Assembly (NCBI GenBank): GCA_013044165.1
Contig: JABEVB010000178.1
Coordinates: 1 to 53,635, forward strand
Source: Phycisphaerales bacterium
Lineage (GTDB): Bacteria > Planctomycetota > Phycisphaerae > WQYP01
Reading direction: 5' to 3'
Length of the DNA: 53,635 bases
In this document: piece by piece, positions 43,094 through 51,020 of the stretch
Layout of the letters: each line of letters begins with the position of its first letter
Position numbering within the stretch: the first letter of the stretch is position 1
Program-made: the position numbers and the translations under genes
Notes under the pieces: generated by a model
Database searches by the model: none
What the model was told of the DNA's origin: nothing
The model's input: the letters and a program-made list of their open reading frames with translations, nothing else

Positions 43094-44065
43094 CTACGCT
43101 GCAGGCTGCTGGGCGTACCACTGGATGGTTTCTTTAAGCCCCTGGTCAAAATATTTTACCGGCTCATAGCCAAACAACTTCCTGGCTGCGGCTATATCGG
43201 CCAGCGAATCGCGCACGTCGCCGGCGCGCGGTGGCAGGTATTGTTTTTGGGCCTGGCGGCCAAGCTGCTGCTCCATGAGTACAAGCATGGCGTTGAGGCT
43301 TATGTTTTGGCCGCAGGCAACATTGGCGACTTCGCCGGCCAATGGCGTTTGGCAACTGCCCGCAAGCAAGTTGGCCCGCACCACATTGTCCACATGGCAG
43401 AAGTCGCGGGTCTGTCCGCCATCACCGTAAATGCTGACCGGCTTGCCACTGAGAAGCGCCGAAATGAATGCTGGAATAACAGCGGCATACTGACTCTTGG
43501 GATTTTGCCGCGGACCGAAAACATTAAAGTAGCGAAGGCTGACAGTGGAAAGTCCATACACGTCGGCATACACGCGAGCGTAAAGCTCGCCGGTAAACTT
43601 GCCAACCGCGTAAGGGCTTTTTGGCGCTGCGGACATACTCTCAAGCTTGGGTAGTGAGGGGCTCTCGCCATAGGCTGCCGAGCTTGCTGAATAAACCACG
43701 CGCTGCGTCCCGGCCTGGCGGGCGGCTTCAAGCACCTGCAGCGTTCCTCCGATGTTGACCGTGTTGTAGCGCACCGGGTCGTCCACCGATCCAGGCACGC
43801 TGCCCAGGGCCGCCAGGTGAAATACCACCGCTCGGCCGGCCGCAGCGCGGCGGCAATCATCCATATTCGTGATGTCGCCTTCTATGATTTCGATGTGCGA
43901 CGCCACCTCGGCAAGATTGGCACGCGAGCCATTACAGAAATTGTCGAGCACGCGAACGTTGGCCCCCTGGGCCAGCAGGCCGCGCACCAGGTGCGAGCCA
44001 ATAAAACCGGCACCGCCGGTCACCATTACGCACATACCGCGATAGGCGGCTAAGGTATCGGTCAT
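43094..44065 (-). CDS. NAD-dependent epimerase/dehydratase (extended SDR; UDP-sugar 4-epimerase WbpP/TviC-like)
   Basis: VTGGAGFIGSHL Rossmann motif and catalytic YAVGKFTGE (YxxxK); 323 aa. GGAG upstream of the ATG. Confidence 0.88.
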   Translation of the reverse strand: MTDTLAAYRGMCVMVTGGAGFIGSHLVRGLLAQGANVRVLDNFCNGSRANLAEVASHIEIIEGDITNMDDCRRAAAGRAVVFHLAALGSVPGSVDDPVRYNTVNIGGTLQVLEAARQAGTQRVVYSASSAAYGESPSLPKLESMSAAPKSPYAVGKFTGELYARVYADVYGLSTVSLRYFNVFGPRQNPKSQYAAVIPAFISALLSGKPVSIYGDGGQTRDFCHVDNVVRANLLAGSCQTPLAGEVANVACGQNISLNAMLVLMEQQLGRQAQKQYLPPRAGDVRDSLADIAAARKLFGYEPVKYFDQGLKETIQWYAQQPAA

Positions 44066-44289
44066 AAGTTGCTACTCCAAGTTGCTGCTTTCCCCCGCCG
44101 TGCAGTTACAGCGCAAGGGAAGAAATGGCATTGTAAAGTCAAAACACCACGCAGCCTACCGATAAATGAGACCCATCACTCATGATGGTTGCCAGCGGTC
44201 CTATATTCTTACTTTCGCGTGATTTTGCGAAAATCGGTATTTTTGGCGTGGTTACAGGCAGGCCGGCTAGAAAAAAGCGAACTTGCCCG

Positions 44290-44317
44290 TTGACTTCCCG
44301 GACAGGGTGCCTATTGT
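44290..44317 (+). promoter_or_regulatory. sigma70-like promoter candidate (TTGACT-16 nt-TATTGT) far upstream of the PEP-CTERM pair
   Basis: -35 at 44290..44295 and -10 at 44312..44317. It would give a leader of about 250 nt containing two adjacent hairpins (GTTGATG/CATCAAC 44323..44343; GGACTTT/AAAGTCC 44348..44364). Confidence 0.3.
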
Positions 44318-44573
44318 TAGGCGTTGATGAAAGACACATCAACACCGGGACTTTAAGAAAGTCCATGACGCCTGGCTGAGTGCGGGATTCTTAGGCCGGC
44401 GGAAGATTTATGAAATTGTCAGGTTGTGGAACAACCGCCTCCGCAGGGCTTGAGGGCCGCTTGTTGGCCAATATCAAAGCCCTGCTCCTCGCGTGTGTTT
44501 TAACGCGCTGTTGTTGATGGGATGTTCCCATCGCGGCGCATATTTTTGTACTTCCTTTATGAGGGAATTTATT

Positions 44574-45359
44574 ATGATCTCTACACGTCTCAAACTTTCC
44601 ATGATTGCAGCAGCGGTCGCTCCGGTGGCACTGGCGGGCATGGCGGCTCAGGCAACCCCGGTTGCCGGTACGCTGGAACTCCAAATCGGACTGGTCGGCA
44701 GTGCTAACCCTGCAGTATCTGTCATTGACAATGCAACAGGTGATGCCAACGCGGCAGCCGGCATTATTACCGTCAATGGGCTGCCCGTCGGCGATTATTC
44801 CATCAGCGGTTCGGCCTCATCTTCCAAGGGTCAAATCGGCAGCCAGGCCATGATCAACGACAATACCGTCTCGGTACGCAATACCACCTCCACCACAGAA
44901 ACGCTCGATATTCTGGTCAGCGACTTTGGCTTTACGGGCGTTCAAGGCGCTCCCCTGGTATTCAGCAGCGCGTCTGCGACCTACACCAACACTAAAGGCG
45001 ACACGACCCCCGCAACTGTGACCTTCCTCAGCGGTGTTAATCCAAATAACACGCCGATTTTGTGGAATGTCACCCCCACGGTCAGTACAAGCAAACTCTC
45101 AGGCTCGCTGTCTTCGGGCACCGTGCAGCTTACCAATGGTAGTCAGAACATGGTGTCCGCGCCATTTACGCTCAGTGGGGCGTTTGCTATGGCTGACCTT
45201 GCCCAGATTGTTCTCCCCTCCGGTGGTCAGTTGACCTTCGACGGCACAACGTTTGCCAATGTTCAAAATACCACGCCGGAACCGGCGTCAATCGCTCTGT
45301 TGGGCGCTGCGGGCTTGCCGCTGCTCATCAGCCGCAAACGTAAGGGAATTTCTGCCTGA
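44574..45359 (+). CDS. PEP-CTERM sorting domain-containing secreted protein
   Basis: Signal peptide (IAAAVAPVALAGMAAQA). C-terminal TPEPASIALLGAAGLPLLISRKRKG, i.e. PEP motif, TM helix and basic tail. GAGGGA 7 nt upstream of ATG 44574 (the ORF track opens at 44493). Confidence 0.85.
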   Translation: MISTRLKLSMIAAAVAPVALAGMAAQATPVAGTLELQIGLVGSANPAVSVIDNATGDANAAAGIITVNGLPVGDYSISGSASSSKGQIGSQAMINDNTVSVRNTTSTTETLDILVSDFGFTGVQGAPLVFSSASATYTNTKGDTTPATVTFLSGVNPNNTPILWNVTPTVSTSKLSGSLSSGTVQLTNGSQNMVSAPFTLSGAFAMADLAQIVLPSGGQLTFDGTTFANVQNTTPEPASIALLGAAGLPLLISRKRKGISA

Positions 45360-45386
45360 ACTTCAGGCTCATCAATATCTGCCCCT

Positions 45387-45413
45387 GGCGGCGAAGATTG
45401 TTTCTTCGCCGCC
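45387..45413 (+). other. 10-bp GC-rich hairpin between the two PEP-CTERM genes (attenuator / processing or stability element candidate)
   Basis: GGCGGCGAAG (45387..45396), 7-nt loop, CTTCGCCGCC (45404..45413). Only TT follows, so it is not a classical terminator. Confidence 0.4.
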
Positions 45414-45463
45414 TTGAAAGGGGTGGATCCATCCGACACTCTTTTTTAGAGGGAGTCTTTCTT

Positions 45464-46249
45464 ATGAAGACCACACAAATCAAACTCTCCATTTTGGCGG
45501 CAGTTGCCGCGGCTATTGTTCCTGCGGTGGCTAATGCCAGCATCGTCATAACACCCAGCAACAGTTCCAGCATGGCCTTGGCTTATGTTGAAACTGGTGC
45601 ATTTACGCCGGGTGTTGTTTACGACAACCAGACTGGTGACTTGGACGGCATGACTGGAAACATGACTGTTCAGGCCTCCAACACGTCGGCCGCGCCCGAT
45701 TGGAATGGCACCTTCAGTGCTTACACCACATCCACCAGCAGCAGCTCCATACTGCAGGGTTTGCAGTTGGCGTTCCGCAACAACAACACCTCCACTTCAA
45801 CCATCACCATTGAGGTGACTGAGGTTGGCTTTACCGTTCCGCAAGGTGCCAATGTGAACCTGCTCAATGAACTCAGCGGCACGCTCACCAACGCCGCTGC
45901 CGGTAATTCCATCACGTTCAGCAGCTATGCGGACATCACCAATGGCTGGGGTTCCACCAGCTCTCCTGCGGTTGAAAGCGGCCCGGCAACTTATGTTGCC
46001 ACCGCCAGCTTGCCCACAAGTCCACTGCAATCATTTGCCCAGCCCACAAACACAGCCGTTTTCTCAACGGGTGAAGGCCCCTACTCGCTGACCGATGTGC
46101 TCACTATCACCCTGGCGGGTGGCGCTTCGGCCAACATCAGCGACACCACGCAGACCACGGCCGCTCCAGAGCCAGCGAGTCTTGCCATGCTTGGCATGGG
46201 TGGCGCAGGCCTTCTTCTGGTTCGTCGCCGCAAGGCCGCAAAGGCCTAA
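45464..46249 (+). CDS. PEP-CTERM sorting domain-containing secreted protein (paralog of 44574..45359)
   Basis: Signal peptide (LAAVAAAIVPAVANA). C-terminal APEPASLAMLGMGGAGLLLVRRRKAAKA. Shared internal blocks with the upstream gene (e.g. ...TETLDILVSDFGFTGVQGA vs ...TSTITIEVTEVGFTVPQGA). GAGGGAG upstream of ATG 45464. Confidence 0.85.
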   Translation: MKTTQIKLSILAAVAAAIVPAVANASIVITPSNSSSMALAYVETGAFTPGVVYDNQTGDLDGMTGNMTVQASNTSAAPDWNGTFSAYTTSTSSSSILQGLQLAFRNNNTSTSTITIEVTEVGFTVPQGANVNLLNELSGTLTNAAAGNSITFSSYADITNGWGSTSSPAVESGPATYVATASLPTSPLQSFAQPTNTAVFSTGEGPYSLTDVLTITLAGGASANISDTTQTTAAPEPASLAMLGMGGAGLLLVRRRKAAKA

Positions 46250-46331
46250 GGTACACAACGCCGGTTGCTGTCTTGCCCATCTGACGGATTAGCCAGCCGC
46301 TTCCGGTTTTAACAGGACTTTCTTATCGCAG

Positions 46332-46367
46332 AGGCCGCCGGGCAATGTGCCCTGCGGCCTTTTTTTG
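46332..46367 (+). terminator. rho-independent terminator after the PEP-CTERM pair
   Basis: AGGCCGC-C-GGGCA / TGCCC-T-GCGGCCT stem (46332..46360) followed by TTTTTT (46361..46366). Confidence 0.7.
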
Positions 46368-46453
46368 TGCGCAGACGGCAGCATACGACGCGAATGTAGC
46401 GGCTCACCGCCTGTTACAGCAGCATAGACGATGTGTTAACAATATACTGATGC

Positions 46454-47044
46454 ATGATGAAGCCGGCCCAAAATACAAATCGCATCATGTTACCGCTGCC
46501 GCCGGAGCTTGCTGAGGCAGAGCCGTGTGAGGCGTGTCTCATTTCGCTTGCTTGGCGCGAGCGCCTGGTGCATTTGCTGACCGTGTTATGGCCGTCTCCT
46601 GTTGACCGCAGCATCATCTTTGACATAACGGCCACAGAACCACCCCGCCTGTGGCTGCCGGGCGTAACCTATCAGTGTGGTTCGCTGTGGCATGCCGACG
46701 CCGCAGGCCGAATCTTTGGCTTCGACATCCACCGGCCCGGTCGCATTTACATTTGCCGCTACGATGGCCTTCACGTGGGCGATCTGGAATTGCAGATGCC
46801 GCTGGCTAACCGATTGACCCCGCGCGGTTTTTGGGCTGATGGTGAGAAAGTAGCTTGGTGTTCCGCCGATGGCCGGGTGCTACAGGCAATGCACACAGGC
46901 CGGGGCGTAGCGAAAGTCAAGCCCTGCGATAAACAGCGTTTGCCGCCCAACCCCAGCATCCCGATTTGGACAAGCAAGGAGTATGGTGCACCCAATGCGC
47001 CATATCTTATGTATTCGCCAAGGCAATTGGCACTGATGATGTAG
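46454..47044 (+). CDS. hypothetical protein
   Basis: 196-aa ORF with coding-like codon usage and no recognisable motif. Converges on infC (10-nt gap between stops). Confidence 0.45.
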   Translation: MMKPAQNTNRIMLPLPPELAEAEPCEACLISLAWRERLVHLLTVLWPSPVDRSIIFDITATEPPRLWLPGVTYQCGSLWHADAAGRIFGFDIHRPGRIYICRYDGLHVGDLELQMPLANRLTPRGFWADGEKVAWCSADGRVLQAMHTGRGVAKVKPCDKQRLPPNPSIPIWTSKEYGAPNAPYLMYSPRQLALMM

Positions 47045-47053
47045 TTTGAATGG

Positions 47054-47728
47054 TCACGAGGCTGCGGCCGCGGGTTGCGCGGCTACTGCTGCCACGGGTC
47101 GCGGCGGTTTGGGATGAGCTTGCGATGCCAAGCCGCCATTTGCGGGTCCGTGGGTGGCCCCGGCTGCATGCACCGCCGAGTGGGCCTTGGGCGCTAATAT
47201 CATGATCATGCGCTTGCCTTCAAGTTTTGGCTCACGCTCCGGTTTGGCGAGAGGCTCAAGCTCAGCTTTAATTCGCTCTAAAATATCGCGGCCCAAGTCT
47301 ACGTGCGCCATCTCGCGCCCGCGGAACATGAGGTTAAACTGCACTTTGTGGCCGTCGTGCAAAAACTTTTTAGCTTTGTTCACCGTGGTGTTTTGATCGT
47401 GAACATCTATCTTAACGCTCTTGATGCGAAGCTCTTTAAGCTGCGTTACATGCGAGCCGGCATGTGATTTTTGCTCTTTCTTCCGCTGCTTGTACTTCCA
47501 TTTGCCGTAGTCCATCACGCGGCACACAGGCGGGCGTTCCATGGGCGAAACCTCAACGAGGTCCATGCCCGCTTCGCGACTCAGGCGCATCGCTTCCACA
47601 ATGGGCACTACGCCGATTTGTTCATTGCGTTCGTTAATTAGACGAACCGGTGAAATGCGAATCTGCTCGTTGCAACGTAAACCGTGTTGGCTAATGGCAA
47701 AAGCTCCTGTCAAACCACGAATATCCAT
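47054..47728 (-). CDS. infC: translation initiation factor IF-3 with Ala/Pro-rich C-terminal extension
   Basis: NEQIRISPVRLINERNEQIGVV, EAGMDLVEVSP..RPPVCRVMDYGKWKY, LMFRGREMAHVDLGRDILERI. The first ATG is at 47728. An in-frame ATT at 47695 with AGGAG 8 nt upstream is an alternative start (see findings). The ORF-track GTG 47764 is rejected because it sits at the predicted transcription start. Confidence 0.9.
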   Translation of the reverse strand: MDIRGLTGAFAISQHGLRCNEQIRISPVRLINERNEQIGVVPIVEAMRLSREAGMDLVEVSPMERPPVCRVMDYGKWKYKQRKKEQKSHAGSHVTQLKELRIKSVKIDVHDQNTTVNKAKKFLHDGHKVQFNLMFRGREMAHVDLGRDILERIKAELEPLAKPEREPKLEGKRMIMILAPKAHSAVHAAGATHGPANGGLASQAHPKPPRPVAAVAAQPAAAAS

Positions 47729-47769
47729 TCCGGAGCAGTCGCATAGCAACTGACCGGAATACACTTAAT

Positions 47770-47798
47770 ATGATAGCTTAACGCGGCGTGCGAGTCAA
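47770..47798 (-). promoter_or_regulatory. sigma70-like promoter candidate for infC (TTGACT-17 nt-TATCAT)
   Basis: Minus strand: -35 TTGACT (47798..47793), 17-nt spacer, -10 TATCAT (47775..47770). Confidence 0.45.
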
Positions 47799-48009
47799 AA
47801 CGGCCCGACGCCTGATTTTCAGGCCATAAAAGCCGGCCGGCTCGCTCTGCCAAAGCCAATCACCTTAGCACCGCAGCGCTATGGGACGCGCTCGCTGCAC
47901 ATATCAGCGCGGCAATAACAACTCATGCCCTTGTAATGCTTGCACTTGGCCACGGGCCGGGTAATCTTGGGATATGAGGTTTTCAAGACCCGGTGCAGGA
48001 GCATAAAGA

Positions 48010-48426
48010 ATGGCTGGTTCGGGAAATGTGCCACGGGAATTGTCGCTGGCTTTTGCCGCCGGCGTGGTGGGAGCCATGGTTAATGCCGGCGCATTTTGGC
48101 TTTGCCAAAGGACGGATATTCTTGGGTTGCTGCATTGCAAGCTATCTGCACCATTTGGTCCGCCCTGGTTTTATCAGCGTGTTACCTGGGGTGGATTGTT
48201 CGGCTTGCTGTTTGCCCTGCCGCTGCTGCGGCAGGCACCGTTTAAGCGTGGGCTGCTTTTAGGCCTTGCACCAACCGCCTTCGCGTTGTTTGTGGTGCTA
48301 CCATTTTTTGTTCACAAACACATGCTGGGCCTGGCCTTGGGCTACACCACCCCATTGTTTGTGCTGGCGTTCAACCTGATTTGGGGCGTGGCGACGGCTT
48401 TGTGGCTCTCAATGGCCGAACAATAA
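48010..48426 (+). CDS. hypothetical small integral membrane protein (about 4 TM helices)
   Basis: 138-aa ORF with four hydrophobic stretches (e.g. LSLAFAAGVVGAMVNAGAFWL, WGGLFGLLFALPLL, LLLGLAPTAFALFVVLPFFV, LFVLAFNLIWGVATALWL). No family recognised. Confidence 0.5.
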   Translation: MAGSGNVPRELSLAFAAGVVGAMVNAGAFWLCQRTDILGLLHCKLSAPFGPPWFYQRVTWGGLFGLLFALPLLRQAPFKRGLLLGLAPTAFALFVVLPFFVHKHMLGLALGYTTPLFVLAFNLIWGVATALWLSMAEQ

Positions 48427-48503
48427 CACCCAAAGTCGCTCCACAATGCCTTGTGCCGCCGCAGTGCTTGGCCGACCGGGCCAAGGATGCCAGAGCCGGC
48501 AGC

Positions 48504-49514
48504 TTACCTTGGCTTTTTCTTTTGACCCAAACGGTGCTCGCCGGGTGGTTTAGGCAAAAATGGCGGCTCACTGGTGAAGGTCATCTCGCAGTCGGTATGC
48601 GGATGCTTAAACACCAGCCGCGAGGCATGCAGCGCCAACCTTTGGTGGAGCGATGGTTGTGCGCCGGGTTGCCGCCTGGCCAATAGCCCGCGTCGCCCGG
48701 CCAGCGTACCGCTTGCACGTGCCTGCTGATGGCGTTTGTCGTTACCTTGGCCATATACATCATCGCCTACCACCGGATGGCCGATGGCCAGCATCTGCAC
48801 GCGAATCTGATGCTTGCGGCCCGTGTACAGCCGACAGCGCACATGAGACACAACGCCGTTGTCGCCGCCCCGCTTCGCCAGCAACTGATAGTCCAGCACA
48901 GCCTTGCGGCCATCGGCGGAGTTTCGGGCTATGACCACCCGCCCGTCGCCGCGCTCTACAAGTGAATGAGTTAATTTTCCGGCGGGAGGTTCCACGGCGC
49001 CATGCACCAGCAAATCGTACTCGCGCGTAATGGTGTGCCGGCGAAACTGCATCTTAAGGTTTGCCAGCGACCGCACATCGCGGGCAAACACCAGAAGGCC
49101 CGAAGCAGCGCGATCCAGCCGATGCACCAGGTATACCGCAGCCTTGTTGTTGCGATCAGCCGCATGACGCTGCAGCAGTGCCAGGGCTGTGGGCCGCTTT
49201 TCCTTTTCATCGGTGGCGGTCAGAAGGCCGGCGGGCTTAACAACCACCAGCACATGAGCATCGGCGTATGCGATTTCCAGTCCTTCGGGGAGGGTTTCCT
49301 GTCGCGCCGATGGGCGTGCTGGCGCAATACTGACAACTGCATGATCGGACAATGGCGCCTTGAGCGAGCGAACCACCTTGCCATCGGCCAGCACGCGACC
49401 GTCCGCCAGCAACCGTCGGAGTGTGCTCCGCGACGCTTGTGGCATCAAGCGCTGCAAATGCAGCATCACGCCGCTGTTGGAGGATTTAAAAGGGTCGGGC
49501 AAGCTGTCGGTCAT
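48504..49514 (-). CDS. RluA-family RNA pseudouridine synthase with N-terminal S4 domain (RluD/RluC-like)
   Basis: S4-like RSTLRRLLADGRVLADGKVV. Catalytic motif YLVHRLDRAASGLLVFAR and C-terminal LHASRLVFKHP. Its ATG overlaps the parB TGA (ATGA at 49511..49514). Confidence 0.88.
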   Translation of the reverse strand: MTDSLPDPFKSSNSGVMLHLQRLMPQASRSTLRRLLADGRVLADGKVVRSLKAPLSDHAVVSIAPARPSARQETLPEGLEIAYADAHVLVVVKPAGLLTATDEKEKRPTALALLQRHAADRNNKAAVYLVHRLDRAASGLLVFARDVRSLANLKMQFRRHTITREYDLLVHGAVEPPAGKLTHSLVERGDGRVVIARNSADGRKAVLDYQLLAKRGGDNGVVSHVRCRLYTGRKHQIRVQMLAIGHPVVGDDVYGQGNDKRHQQARASGTLAGRRGLLARRQPGAQPSLHQRLALHASRLVFKHPHTDCEMTFTSEPPFLPKPPGEHRLGQKKKPR

Positions 49515-50461
49515 TGGATGGCGCCTGTGATGCGGTCAAAGTCGTCGAGCGAAAAATATTGAATGACAATTTTTCCCGTGTTTTTACGTCGGCCCGGAAA
49601 GATGCGCAGCTTGGTGCCCAGCTTGCGTGAAAGCTCCTGTTCCAGCTCAATAATGTGGGCGCTTTTAACGGTGCGCTGGTGCTGCGCGACAGTGGTTGTT
49701 TCGCCCGACAGGTCCTGGGCCAATTCGGTGGCCAGCGTTTCAAGCTCGCGCACACTCAGGCCTTCGTCGGCGACGCGGCGTGCGAGCAATTCCTGCCGGG
49801 CGTGATCGTCAATGCCGGCAAGTATTTTGGCGTGACCGAAGGTAAGTGCGCCGGTGGCAACCATGTCCTGTATGGCAGCATTAAGCTCCAGTAAACGCAG
49901 GAAATTGCTGATGGTGGCGCGGTCTTCACCCAGGTGGCTTGCGGCCTGCTGGTGCGTGAGGTGAAAGCGTTCAATATAGGTGCGGTATGCGCGGGCACGT
50001 TCGATGGGGTTAAGATTTTCGCGCTGGATGTTTTCAACCAAAGCCCATTCAGACTGATTCTCGTCGGTGGCATCGGTGCGAATGACGGCGGGGATTGAGG
50101 TCAGTCCGGCCTGACGGGCGGCTTCGGTCCGGCGGTGGCCTGCGACAAGCTGGTAGCGCTGCCCGACCGGGCGGAGGATCACCGGCTGCAGCACGCCACT
50201 GACGCGTATGGAGTTGGCAAGTTCGGCCAGGGCGGCGGGTTCGATGGATTGCCGCGGTTGATGAGGGTTTGGGTCTATGGCATCAAGAGGAACAAGTGCC
50301 TGCCCGGATACTTGTTTAGTGGAGATATCTACATTTGGTGATTCAATTGGGGCACTGGCATCGGCCGGTGGAGGCGCCGCGGGTTGAGATGTCTGCACCG
50401 GGTGCGGGCTGATGAGCGAGCTAAGTCCACGTCCCAGGCGTGGTTTAGGATTACTGGCCAT
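49511..50461 (-). CDS. parB: chromosome partitioning protein ParB/Spo0J
   Basis: LGRGLSSLI, NPHQPRQSIEPAALAELANSIRVSGVLQPVILRP, AGHRRTEAARQAGL (arginine patch), ENIQRENLNPIERARAY (HTH region). AAGGAG upstream of the ATG. Confidence 0.92.
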   Translation of the reverse strand: MASNPKPRLGRGLSSLISPHPVQTSQPAAPPPADASAPIESPNVDISTKQVSGQALVPLDAIDPNPHQPRQSIEPAALAELANSIRVSGVLQPVILRPVGQRYQLVAGHRRTEAARQAGLTSIPAVIRTDATDENQSEWALVENIQRENLNPIERARAYRTYIERFHLTHQQAASHLGEDRATISNFLRLLELNAAIQDMVATGALTFGHAKILAGIDDHARQELLARRVADEGLSVRELETLATELAQDLSGETTTVAQHQRTVKSAHIIELEQELSRKLGTKLRIFPGRRKNTGKIVIQYFSLDDFDRITGAIQ

Positions 50462-50558
50462 GAAGCGTGCTCCTTAAATGCCACCGATGGTGCATAAAAT
50501 TACAGCAGCATCCATAGCGGCACCATAACGTCCGATAACATTTAGTCGAACAGGTCGG

Positions 50559-50574
50559 TGTTCCACGTGGAACA
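50559..50574. promoter_or_regulatory. parS centromere-like site (perfect 16-bp palindrome TGTTCCACGTGGAACA)
   Basis: Differs from the classical TGTTNCACGTGAAACA consensus at one position, and that change makes the site a perfect palindrome. Located 98 nt upstream of the parB start codon. Confidence 0.85.
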
Positions 50575-50937
50575 TTATGACGGCCACGTGGTAAATGTCA
50601 ACCTATCTTTGTGGTGGTCGTCTGCGTAGCAAGCGTTGTGGCGGCACAACACGATAGAAACGACACAGATATCTTTGGTTGTTTTGATATAGCAAATCGC
50701 CACTGAGAGAGCGTATGGTAATGCGTGCACCGCATGCTCGATGCGAAACCAATTTACGTCATGATTTTTGACCCCATGGTTCAACGGATTCAAAAGTATT
50801 GCCGCCTGGCCGTCACGATGTGTTTTTCAGATTTCGTCTTTTGAAGATTTGGCTGCGATAGGGAAGCCAGCCATTGATGTGGTTCATAATGGCGCATGAT
50901 GCGATGGGCTTTCATGCGAACTATTATTCATGTTAAG

Positions 50938-50983
50938 TGGTCTTGCAATGGGCTAAACTTAGAAATGGTCTTGTAAATGGGCT
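50938..50983. repeat. direct repeat TGGTCTTG(C/TA)AATGGGCT x2 in the non-coding island
   Basis: TGGTCTTGCAATGGGCT (50938..50954) and TGGTCTTGTAAATGGGCT (50966..50983), with a third partial copy GATGGGCT at 50903..50910. Confidence 0.4.
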
Positions 50984-50989
50984 GGTCAA

Positions 50990-51005
50990 TGTTCCACGTG
51001 GAACA
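50990..51005. promoter_or_regulatory. second identical parS site (TGTTCCACGTGGAACA)
   Basis: Exact copy of the 50559..50574 site, 15 nt downstream of the GNAT gene stop. Confidence 0.85.
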
Positions 51006-51020
51006 CGCAATAACACGCTG

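Noticed and set aside
44066-45463. Sigma-54 (-24 TGGCAC / -12 TTGC) promoters upstream of the PEP-CTERM genes, as expected if PrsK/PrsR-type control applied.
   Set aside because: The closest matches (TGGCCAATATCAAAGC, TGGCGGCGAAGATTGT) have GG-to-GC spacing off by one and poor -12 elements.
48467-48485. Hairpin CTTGGCC-N5-GGCCAAG between the convergent membrane-protein and pseudouridine synthase genes, as a bidirectional terminator.
   Set aside because: The stem is only 7 bp and has no U-tract on either strand, so the evidence was too weak to list as a feature.
50462-51020. The parS-flanked region as the replication origin (oriC).
   Set aside because: No DnaA-box cluster is present (best matches 6/9, e.g. 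TGTGGTTCA), and no dnaA/dnaN is nearby in the window. It is treated only as origin-proximal partition DNA.
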